A DNA stretch of 54,458 nt from Prorocentrum cordatum (lineage: Eukaryota): positions 62,001 through 116,458 of the forward strand of contig CAUYUJ010000240.1 in NCBI GenBank assembly GCA_963575745.1. The letters are read 5' to 3'. A model generated the notes under the pieces. That model was not told the origin of the DNA. It saw only the letters and a program-made list of their open reading frames with translations, and ran no database searches. Shown here piece by piece: positions 36,048 to 45,825 of the stretch (positions within the stretch are counted from its first letter, which is position 1; each line of letters begins with the position of its first letter). A program made the translations under genes and the position numbers.

Positions 36048-39000
36048 CTACGCTGGTTGCCGACGCGCGGGCGGCCCCGCTGCTGCAGCTGGCGCCGCTT
36101 TAGCGGGTGGCCCCGCAGAGCCTGCGGCTGCCGAGGCAGCTCCAGCGGATGACCCCGCGCCAGGGTGCGGGTGACCTTGGTCAGCCACCGCATCGTCGGC
36201 TAGTTTCTGTCGGTCGCCAAATTCTTTGAGGGCTCTGAAGCGTTCTTCTCTTGAGAGAGCGCCTTCTGCGGGCGTCCCCGCTGCTGCAGCTGGCGCCGCT
36301 TTAGCGGGTGGCCCCGCAGAGCCCTTGTCCTCCTTAGCTTTGGCGGCTGCCTCTGCCCGCACCGACCTCATCCCAGCCTCGGGCTTCGGCTGTGCATTCA
36401 TTCGTGCCGAGCCTGGTCGTGGTGCAAGGCGCGGCTGATGCAGAGTTGGAGTCCAGTCACCTCGGAAGGCTGCCTTAGGCTGGTCGCGAACTTCGTCCTT
36501 GACATCGCCTTGGGCAGCCGGTGGCATCGGGGTTGATGGTCCAGCGAAAGCCTTCCTCCTCTCCGTCACGGACGGGCCGGTAGGCTCTCCCTGCTCAGGG
36601 TCGTCCTTCTTGGCGATCCATCTGGCCTTCGCACGCCCCCGCGTGCCTTCGGGGCTCTTGGAAGGGTACCTCTTCGCAGGAGACGGTGGAGACGAGGAGT
36701 CGGCTTCAGGTCCTGGAGGCGGTCTGCTGCCCTTGCCTGGTTGTGGACCAGGAGGGTCTTTAGGAGGGCCTTCTGGCTGGCCATGATCATGGATGATCTG
36801 CCTCATCTGGTCGATGTCGGCAGCACCTTTTATGGCCAGCTTGTACTTGCCATTTTCGTGGCGATGAATTACCCTCGTGCAAAACCACTTCTGTGCCGAG
36901 GAGCTGTAGTACCAGCAGGCGCATCCATCAGGGAATGGATTCACTGAGCCGTCTTCCGCCGCCCATTCTTCATTCAGTTCGGTTTGGTCAGTACCGGCGG
37001 CGGATCCGGCAGCAGATGCAACAGCTATCCACTCTTCGTCCGCGGACCCAGCGGCTGGCGCCGCGTCTGCGGGTGACCCCGCTTCTCCGCTGGATTCTGC
37101 GGGCGACCCCGCCTCTTTATGGAATCGGCGGTTCCACTCCTTGAGGCGATGGTCATTGGGAAGCTGTTCCCAATTTTCCCTGACAGTGTTAGCAACCTCC
37201 TCGGTCATAGGGACGCGATCGGCTTCAGTGATGCGCTTTCCTCCTCCAGGGACCTTCTTGTTAGGATCATGGACGTTGCCGGCGTCATCTCCATGAGACC
37301 AATTCCAGGGGGTCTCACCGTAATGAGGGCTCCTGGAGGGGCGGTCCATTGGACAGCTGCGCACGTGACCTTTGAAGGGCTCGCATTGACATACTTGTTT
37401 CCTGTATGTCTTGCGATCGTTGATGATCTCCTGTTTCTTAGCCCTTTTGTCCCAAGCCTCTGGCGTTTTAGTCTTGCCACCCTTGGTGCGTATTATCATG
37501 CCAGATTCGTCCCGTTTGGTGCAGTACTCCTTAGAATACCAATGGCGGATCACGCCCATCGAGTAGCCAGGGTACCAATTGATGTACCACTCCGGCACGT
37601 ACTGAGCGGATGCACCTACGGAGTGCTCCGTACTGTATGGGTAGCCAGACGCATCATGTGTAGGGCGTCGTGGAGCTGAACGGCTCCTCCTGCGGGCTGG
37701 CCCCGCTGACGCACTGCCACGTTCCATGGGCCTTTCATCTTCATGACGGTGCTCTGGGTCTCGGGGTGGCGATGGTCGTCTGTTCTTCTTGGCATGGCGC
37801 CTGTCCTCCGAGTCCTCTGAGCTGTCCTGGACCATGAATACGTGCTGATGCGGGCTTCGAAAGTACCCGATGTCGGTTAGCTGCTCCATCGTGAGGTCGT
37901 TGAGGTCCATCTGGTCGCAGCCCTGCATGAATACGTCCATAGACCAAGCGGGTGGCCCCGCTGCTGCGGCTGGCGCCACTTCGGCGGGTGACCCCGCTAG
38001 AACCTGGAGTGCTGTCAGCATCTGAGGTGCCGACATGTCCGAATCCAGGTATGGACGCAGCCTTGCGGCCCCTGGGCGCGACAGCAGGTCGTTCATGGTT
38101 ATCTGCTGATGTGCTGGCGCACTCAGGAGCTGGATCGCTTCTGCGACCTGCTCTTGGAGCATGTCCTTATGGTCCTCTTCGGCCTCTTCAGAGTCAGAAT
38201 AAGCGGGATGGCCCCGCATTTCGTCATCAGCGTCTCCCGCTTCCGAGCCAGCTCGCGGAAGATCTGGCAGCAACGGCATGCCAATCACCTGCGGTGCCAG
38301 CGCGGCGGCGAGCTCCTCCTCGGTCGCCGGGACGGTCTCAGCTTCGGAGATCTCGTCGTCGGCGGGTGGCCCCGCTGGAAGACCGAACCAGGCATTGAAC
38401 GCGACCTCGTCGACTTCGTCCCAGCCGTGGAACTCGTCGAAGAGGGTCACCGCGTACTCTTCCAGGGCTACGGTCACATCAGCGTAGCGGGCCATCACGT
38501 AGTACGTGGAGGAGCCCGCGGCGGCAGCCGCTTCTGGATTGACGTAAAACTCGTAGTCAATGTAGTCTATGTCATCCATAAAAGAGTTTTGAGCCAAATG
38601 TACGGATCCCTTTCCTTTCCCTTTCGGGCAATGATCGCGCAAATGCTCTGTACCACCGCATGTATGACACTTCATAGTATTGCCAGAAGCGCCCCTAGGG
38701 TTGCCCCTCCGCCCTTTTCCCTTACCAGAGGTCCGCCTGTGACCCCGACCTTTGCCTCCGATAAGAACTTCTTCAAAAACTATATCAGTTAAGGGCGTGA
38801 GGAAAGCAGTAATACCCCTACCATGTATACGACGTCTGCGACCCCCTTTGCCACGACCCTTTCCATATCGTTTGAAATGTCGGCGCGCTGCGCGTCTCAC
38901 TTTTCTGACTGGTTTCTTCATAAAGCGCCTCCAACGGCGCTTTGATTTGCGATAAGCCATAAAAGCGGCTTCCGCTCTTTGTTGTTCAGAAAGGTGAGTG

Positions 39001-40547
39001 TCATCAGCTGGATAGTCATTACCAGCAGAGACTATTCCATTGTGCTCATCGTCAGATGAGGTATCTGTGTCAGTGCCAGACTCAAACGGAGAGGGTGGCT
39101 GAGACCCTTGAGCGGATGACTCCGCTTGGCCCCAGAGGGTTGTGCCCGAGGGCGGGCTTGCAGTGTAGGCGGCGCCTGGCGTGTAGTTCGACCAGGCGTT
39201 CGCCTCAGCTGCCTCTGCCGATGCCTGGCCGGTCTGCCCTAAGAAGGCAGTGGCCTCGTTGGGCATATCGGCTGGATCAGCCCAGGGACTTGGCTCGCCA
39301 GGACCAGCGGGTGACCCCGCAGTCGTGGCGTAGACACCTGCATGTGCGTGGTGCCCTGTGAAGATACCCGCAATGTTGCCAGGAGAGCGCTCGGCAACAT
39401 GCCCGTAGTTCCTCATCCTGGTCAGCAGCCTGTCATAGTCTGCTTGTGTTCTGGGCATCTGATGATTAAAGGGCTCCAGCAGGTGTTGGGCTCGTGACGC
39501 GCCAACGTCTAACGCTCTGAAAAGGATCAGCGTTAGGATCTGAAAGTTGGGGATGACAAAGCCAACAGAGTTAGCCTCGTCACGGGCCATCTCGAATCGA
39601 GCTAACGCTGAGTCGATTCGCTCGCCCCTTTCGACGCGAAAGTCGATAAGGGCAGTGCCAGAGTTGAGCTGGCGCTCATCTTCCAGAATTTCAAATTTGG
39701 TGCTCAATAGGTACAGTATATAAGTAACTGCATCCGTTGGCTGTCCGTTGACAGTTACACCATAGTTGATGATCTGGGAGGGGACCTGCATGGCGATACG
39801 ACGAGCAAGGCCTTGAAGGCCACGTTGTAGTGCTGCAGCTTGCTGAGGTGGCGTCATATTGCCGCTCGTTACGTTTATCCATGCATGTACTTCGCGAACG
39901 TACTCGCGAAAGGGCGTAGTACCGGCTGGGTCCCACGAAGGGCCGGTAGTACGCGTGTCGTCCATCCCCTGCCGCATGTAGCCCACAGCACATCCCATTA
40001 TCACCCATAGAATGCCGAAGATAGTTATCTTAATCCAGTGCATGTGCATCTCGGCTTCGGTGATTGGTTTAGGCTGTGGTTTGTCAGGCTCGGGCGTAGT
40101 AGCCGTAAGGCGCCTGACCGGCATGGGATGCAGGTGGCCCCGCTGCGGGTAGCCCCGCAGAGTGACCACGTTCTCGATCGAGTTGCCGATTGGCATCTGG
40201 TGGAAGTCGGGAGTGAAGTAGCGCAGTGAAGTAGGAGAGAGCGTCTCGAGCTCGCGGGTCGCCCCGCTAGCTCGATCGCGGACTGGCTCCGCTCCTCGCA
40301 GAGCCGGCGCAACATGGTATTCCACCGTAGTAGTAGTCCACCAAGTTGTGCCGTGGATTACAGGAATCAGAGCGAGAGCCAGCCACACGAGAGTGTAGCC
40401 AGCTCCGCTACCAAGTCGAAAACGCACTGGTAAGCCAAGATATATGTTCCGCCTTAGGCGCTCCCATATCCCAGGCTTTGGCTCATATCGCATGAGCAAG
40501 AGAGCAAGACGAAGCATGGGATCTGGAGTAAAGGATAGAAGGGGCAT
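36048..40547 (-). CDS. Gag-containing N-terminal polyprotein segment
   Basis: PSWD...FREYVREV..W Gag motif (~39880-39945); KG-rich stretch then CHTCGGTEHLRDHC knuckle (38628-38669); long low-complexity extension. Confidence 0.85.
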   Translation of the reverse strand: MPLLSFTPDPMLRLALLLMRYEPKPGIWERLRRNIYLGLPVRFRLGSGAGYTLVWLALALIPVIHGTTWWTTTTVEYHVAPALRGAEPVRDRASGATRELETLSPTSLRYFTPDFHQMPIGNSIENVVTLRGYPQRGHLHPMPVRRLTATTPEPDKPQPKPITEAEMHMHWIKITIFGILWVIMGCAVGYMRQGMDDTRTTGPSWDPAGTTPFREYVREVHAWINVTSGNMTPPQQAAALQRGLQGLARRIAMQVPSQIINYGVTVNGQPTDAVTYILYLLSTKFEILEDERQLNSGTALIDFRVERGERIDSALARFEMARDEANSVGFVIPNFQILTLILFRALDVGASRAQHLLEPFNHQMPRTQADYDRLLTRMRNYGHVAERSPGNIAGIFTGHHAHAGVYATTAGSPAGPGEPSPWADPADMPNEATAFLGQTGQASAEAAEANAWSNYTPGAAYTASPPSGTTLWGQAESSAQGSQPPSPFESGTDTDTSSDDEHNGIVSAGNDYPADDTHLSEQQRAEAAFMAYRKSKRRWRRFMKKPVRKVRRAARRHFKRYGKGRGKGGRRRRIHGRGITAFLTPLTDIVFEEVLIGGKGRGHRRTSGKGKGRRGNPRGASGNTMKCHTCGGTEHLRDHCPKGKGKGSVHLAQNSFMDDIDYIDYEFYVNPEAAAAAGSSTYYVMARYADVTVALEEYAVTLFDEFHGWDEVDEVAFNAWFGLPAGPPADDEISEAETVPATEEELAAALAPQVIGMPLLPDLPRAGSEAGDADDEMRGHPAYSDSEEAEEDHKDMLQEQVAEAIQLLSAPAHQQITMNDLLSRPGAARLRPYLDSDMSAPQMLTALQVLAGSPAEVAPAAAAGPPAWSMDVFMQGCDQMDLNDLTMEQLTDIGYFRSPHQHVFMVQDSSEDSEDRRHAKKNRRPSPPRDPEHRHEDERPMERGSASAGPARRRSRSAPRRPTHDASGYPYSTEHSVGASAQYVPEWYINWYPGYSMGVIRHWYSKEYCTKRDESGMIIRTKGGKTKTPEAWDKRAKKQEIINDRKTYRKQVCQCEPFKGHVRSCPMDRPSRSPHYGETPWNWSHGDDAGNVHDPNKKVPGGGKRITEADRVPMTEEVANTVRENWEQLPNDHRLKEWNRRFHKEAGSPAESSGEAGSPADAAPAAGSADEEWIAVASAAGSAAGTDQTELNEEWAAEDGSVNPFPDGCACWYYSSSAQKWFCTRVIHRHENGKYKLAIKGAADIDQMRQIIHDHGQPEGPPKDPPGPQPGKGSRPPPGPEADSSSPPSPAKRYPSKSPEGTRGRAKARWIAKKDDPEQGEPTGPSVTERRKAFAGPSTPMPPAAQGDVKDEVRDQPKAAFRGDWTPTLHQPRLAPRPGSARMNAQPKPEAGMRSVRAEAAAKAKEDKGSAGPPAKAAPAAAAGTPAEGALSREERFRALKEFGDRQKLADDAVADQGHPHPGAGSSAGAASAAAGSAGPPAKAAPAAAAGPPARRQPA
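40401..40413 (-). promoter_or_regulatory. Primer-binding site, probably for initiator tRNA-Met
   Basis: TGGTAGCGGAGCT directly abuts the 5' LTR; resembles TGGTAGCAGAG/TGGTATCAGAG iMet-type PBSs. Confidence 0.8.
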
Positions 40548-40698
40548 CGTCAATGGAAAAGGTATTTTCCGATCTCAGATACAAGTAGTGCGCCTCAATG
40601 AGGCACAATCACATATTAGGCCGGGCCCGGCTTGAGCCAGGCACGGCAGCGGTGCATGCTCGATATACATCTCGCCTTTAACCCTCTCCGTTTAAAGT
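40414..40698 (-). repeat. 5' LTR
   Basis: 285-bp direct repeat of 22381-22665. Confidence 0.95.
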
Positions 40699-42522
40699 TC
40701 ACCCCCGTTTCGGCACACTCTTCACACGTTTCGTGGCCCCCCTGGCCCTGCGGTCAGCCGTGCCTGGGCGCATCTGGCGCACCTGGTACGTTTGGCGCAC
40801 ATGGCACGCGTGGCGCGCCTCAACATTGTCCCAACATTGTGTCCCAAAAATGTCCAAAATGGCGCCCGGAGCGTCCCAATGCTGCTCCAAGAGGCATCCA
40901 GGAGGCCCCCCGCGGCACCCAGACTTGCCATTTGGGGATCTGCTTGGACTGACTCCAGCTTCGGTTTGGCTTGATCCAGCGCGAGTTCTGATTAACCCGT
41001 TTCGGTCGAAGCGCGTGTGCTCGGGCTGATCCCGAGCTTCGGCCTGGGAATCGGTTCCGGACGGGCGAGTGACGCGAAGCATCAGCAATTCGAGAGGGGG
41101 GCTGGCGCCACGAGAGAATGGGCTACGAGGGTCTACGCGGGTATCGACCTGCCCCTCGAGAGCAAGGCAGGAGGAGAGGTGGAATGACGAGGGAGGAAAG
41201 ACCTTCTTGGGTCTGTCCGACATGCGCCCGACCGTGTCAAGACGCACGGCTCGACCATGCACTGTAAATCTGACTCTGTTAACACGGCGCGACCGTGCTC
41301 GATTAAACACTGGCGACGAAGACTGGCACGACCAGAGGCTGTGAGGCGTGCATCCTCTGAGCCCACTACTTAGTGCCTGAGCTCGCCCAAGATATTTCCC
41401 AGAGCAAGCCAGGGACGATGCGCGCAGCGCGTGCAAAAACTGACGGCCTGGCAGCTGTGTGCCAAGGAGGCGGGCAATCGAACTCACGATTGCAAGCGCG
41501 TCGCTGCTAGCCTGGCGCAGGCATCTCCAGTCCGGCCGACATGGGAGAAGAGGCTCGGCCGCTGGGAAGAGCGCCCAGCAGATGGCATGCAGGATCAACG
41601 GGCGGGGGCGGTGCGCCCGGCTCCGCCAGGAGATCTGCTGCTACGACCCCTCGTGTTCCCCTTTCTCCTCCTCCTCCTCAAGCTCCTCCTCCTCTTCCCC
41701 CTCCTCCTCCCCCTCCATCCCCTCCTCCTTCTCCGCAAGCCCTGAGTGAATGAGCTCGCCCTTCCCCCCCCCCCCGCCCCCACTTGCTCGTGCCACGCCT
41801 ACTCGGGCCCCCGCCGCTTTGGGCCACGAGCCTGCTCCTCCTCCTCCTCCTCCTCGTCGTCCTTCTCCTCCTCCTCTTCCTCTTACCCCTCCTCGGGCAT
41901 ACTTAACACCATCCCTCCCTCCTTCCACCCTTCCCCACCCGCTCCTCTTCGCTCATTCACATCCTCCTCGCCGCCCTCCTCCTGCTGTTCTTGAGACTGG
42001 GGCCCTCGCATGCATCCCCTGCGCAGGCGGACGGCAAAAGAGGTGTCTTTTTGGCTTCCACAGCTCCCTCCTCCTCGTCTGCACAATGAGTTTCTCCCTT
42101 CGTCACTCCAAGCAGATGCGCGCTGTCTGGAAGCAGAAGTGGAGATAATCTCGGATATACTCAACAAACTATAATGACGGGTTCAGCTCTGGCGCCGGAA
42201 CTACCTGGTATTGGCCCCCTGGTCTGGCACTCCTCAACAATTTCCTGTTTATTCTTCCTCCCCCCTCCTCCTCCTACTCCACATTTTTTCCCTCTCCTCC
42301 TCCTCCGTCATGCATATCTGTCCTCCGTGTTTTCTCCGATGGACCCGAAGAGCAGGCGGATCAGCTGATCGATCACGGGGGCGTGCCCCCCTACCCCCCC
42401 TCTCCTGTGCAAGGACGTCCAACTGTGACCAAACCGTTGGAGGGGCGGCGGGACGAGAGGCAGAAGAGAAAGAGGGGAGGGAGGAAGGGGAGAACGGAGG
42501 GGGGAGGAGGGTGAAAGGGGGG

Positions 42523-44640
42523 TCAAGTTAGCCAGTTCGAACGAGCCAGAGGACTCCGTCCACTCCCACACGCCCTCCCACAACATAAGAACCAAGTGCG
42601 TCGCGTCCGACGCCTGTCGCTCATCTTATACAGTGGGCGGCTAGACGCCCCGCGCGCGACATGAGCTGCGTCCGATTCCTGCCGCGTATGGAGCAACGTC
42701 GACGAGAAACAAGACCGCGCGCGATGTACGCCGCGCCCCGATCCAGCCTCCCATTCTGCATCGTCGGCGGCAACATGTCCAGCGCGCGAAGTGCACCGCG
42801 TCTCATTCCAGCCACGCGTGTTGCACCGCCAATCGTTTCGCTCCTGCCGCGCATGGACGAGGGGGACGAGGAGGAGGAGGAAGAGGAGGAGGAGGAGGAG
42901 GAGGGGAGGGAGAGAGGGAGGGAAGGAGAAACTGATGAGGAAGAAGAGAACGCCTCTTGGGAATTCGCGGGGCGTCGTGGGAGCTTTCTGGTATACGCCT
43001 GAGGGCTTCTTCGATATATCTTCCGGGTTGGAACATTGTCAACACAAGTAGGTGCTAACCTCACAATCCTTCAAACACCATATGAAAATCAATATTTGTG
43101 CGTTGTTGTTTGGCCCTCGGGGGGGGGCCCTCTTTGCCACGGCCAGAGGGGTCCAGGGGTCGATTTTGGTTTGATTTGTGCGCACCAAAGGTCAATGTTG
43201 CCAAAGTCTCTCTTACGTGGACACAAAAACGGGCGCGCCGGTGGCATTATGACTTGCCGCCCGCCCAGTTTCTCAACCCGACGGGCCGCAGCGTCGACGA
43301 CAAGAGAATCCACGTTGACTAGCAAGCGTCCCCGCGCGATGTACGCCGCGTCCCATTCCCGCTACGCGTTTCGCAACGCCGACGACGAGAAACTACATGT
43401 TGGCAACAAAGACGTCGCGGTAGCTATGTTTCTTTTTTTTTTGGCCAGGTAGGACAAGGGGTCCCGCGTAAGGTTGGCCAGGCGTCCGCGCGCCATGTGC
43501 GCTGCGTCCTATTCGTCCTACATTTTCCGCAGCGCCGACGACAAGGAAGTCCATGTTATCGAGAACAACGTTGACTTTGTATTACTTTTTGATGGGTAGG
43601 ACGCGACCACCCGCTTAGGGTTACCCGGGCGATGTTTTTTCCGTCCCATTCCTGCTACACTTTTCGCAGCGTCGACGACATGTTGGCGAAATAAGTATTG
43701 AGTTTGCATTCTTGTTTGACGGTTAGGACGGCGGGGGTGCTATCGGCCGGCAAGGTGGGGATGCGGGGGGGTTTAATCATCAAGTTAGCCAGCTTGAACG
43801 AGCCAGAGGGCTCCGTCCTCTCCAACCCTCCCTCCCACAACATAAGAAGCAAGTGCGTCGCGTCCGACGCCTGTCGCTCATCTTATATCGTAGACGGCTA
43901 GACGTTCAACGCGCGACATGAGCTGCGTCCGATTCCTGCCGCGTATTGAGCAACGCCGACGAGAAACAAAACCGCGCGCGATGTACGCCGCGCCCCGATC
44001 CGGCCTGCCATGTTGTATCGTCGGCGACAAAATGTCCAGCGCGCGAAGTGCGCCGCGTCTCATTCCAGTCACGCGCGTTGCACCGCCAATCGTTTCGCTC
44101 CTGCCGCGCATGGAGGAGGGGGAGGAGGAGGAGGAGGAGGAGGAGGAGGAGGAGGAGGGGAGGGAGAGAGGGAGGGAGAAACTGAAGAGGAAGAGGAGAA
44201 TTCCTCTTGGGAATTCGCGGGGCGTCCCATTCCCGCTACATGATTCGCAGCGCCGACGAGGCGAAAGTACATGTTGGCAAGAAAAACGTCGACGCTGCTG
44301 TGGTTTTTGACAGGTACGACGGGGTGTCCCGCGTAGGGTAAGCCAGGCGTCCGCGCGCGATGCGCGCCGCGTCCAATTCCTGCTACACTTTTCGCAGCGT
44401 CGACGACAAGAAAGTCCATGTTGTCGAGAAAACCGTGGACGTTGTATTGTTTTTGATAGGTAAGACGCGACCACCCGATTAGGGTTACCCAAGCGATGTT
44501 CATTATGTCTTATTCCTGCTACACGTTTCGCAACTCGACGACATGTTGGCGAGGAACATTGAGTTTTGTATTGATTTTTTACAGTTAGGACGTCGGGTTT
44601 GCTATCGGCCGGCTAGGTGGGGGTTTGGGGGTGTTTAATA
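42523..44640. repeat. Diverged local duplication (42523-42976 ~ 43780-44227; 43462-43770 ~ 44327-44640)
   Basis: Collinear similar blocks, also visible as paired MSCVRFLPR... ORFs. Confidence 0.85.
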
Positions 44641-44669
44641 ATAAGAACAAGAGATACAGAGTAAGGATT

Positions 44670-44719
44670 GGGGGCGCTTTGGGCTGACCGGCCGAAGCGC
44701 AAGATCGCATCCTCAAACC

Positions 44720-44750
<31 letters not shown>

Positions 44751-45030
44751 CTCCTCCTCCTGTTCCTGAGTAGGGAGGGAGGAGTCGGAGAAGAGAGGGG
44801 GAGGAGGTTGAAGGGGGTTTGGGGGCGAGTTGGGCTGACCGGCCGAAACGAAAGATCGCATCCTCTAACCCCTCCTCCTCCTCCTCCTCCTCCTCCTCCT
44901 CTTCCTCCTCCTGCTCCCGATAGCGGAGGAAGGAGTCGGAGAAGGGAGGGGGGAGGAGGGTAGAGGGGGTTGGGGGCCACTTGGGCTGATCGGCCAGAAC
45001 AAAAGATTGCATCCTCCTCCTCCTCCTCCT
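44670..45030. repeat. Three ~151-bp tandem units with embedded CCT tracts
   Basis: TTGGGCTGA.CGGCC.....AAGAT.GCATCCTC at ~44679, ~44830 and ~44981. Confidence 0.75.
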
Positions 45031-45604
45031 CCTGCTCCTGGGAGCCCCAGCACACACATGTTTGCCGCTCTGCTGCGGCGAGTGGGGCCCAAGAAGCGGC
45101 ACGGCAACTGGCGGGACGCATCCGCTGCGAATTCAGTCACAGGGGCGCAGGCGGGCGAGAGGCGAGGAGAAGGAGGGCCGCCGGGAGTCCCCCAAACATG
45201 ATGCGTCAGATGCCCTTCCCCCCAGGATACACCGCATCTGGAGAAACCCAAAAGTATCCATATCATACCGCTAATCCCCGGACCTCTCCCGGGGAGGCGT
45301 TCTGACCAGAATTTCCATGCGAATCCAGCCTTGGCGACGAGGGCCTCCCAGGAGGCCCCAAAAGGCGAAACCGAGGGAAGGGTAGCGGCATGGGTGCCTA
45401 TGCCGATGCCTCCTCTGAGATGCACCAGGTGCCGTCCCCCCCTCCAAGACAAGGCACACCGCACCTGCGCACGGACGAGGGCCCACCGAGGGCGCCGTGC
45501 CATCGTTTGCCCAACATCCTTCCCTGCGCAACCTCGAGCGTCGGCGCCACCAGGTTGGGCCCCGCGGCGGCGACCGGGCCTCCCAAGACGATGCCACAGG
45601 CCGG

Positions 45605-45825
45605 GGACAACATCGGACGGGGACAAAGCCGAGAGCTCTGAGATCCGGCGGCTCTGGAGGACACAACGGGCGCCGTGGCCGTCCAAGGCGACGCCAGGAC
45701 GAAGACAACATCGGACGAATCGGAGAGCTCTGAGATCTGGCGGCTCTAGAGGACGCGTCGGGCGCCGCGGCCGTCCAAGACGAAGACCGGACGAGGACAA
45801 CAACCGGACGAATCGGAGAGCTCAG
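45605..45825. repeat. ~93-bp tandem repeat, about 2.3 units
   Basis: GAGAGCTCTGAGATC.GGCGGCTCT.GAGGAC...GGCCGTCCAAG repeated. Confidence 0.75.

Larger units (their letters stand above)
22381..40698 (-). mobile_element. Giant Ty1/Copia-type LTR retrotransposon (18.3 kb; ~16.4 kb without the nested insertion)
   Basis: Two 285-bp LTRs with one mismatch; TSD TCACC (22376-22380 and 40699-40703); PBS; PR-IN-RT-RH domain order diagnostic of Copia. Confidence 0.95.

Noticed and set aside
40980..41420. Possible decayed retroelement fragment (TRGCEAC...H-like motif)
   Set aside because: Multiple stops and only one weak motif; insufficient support.
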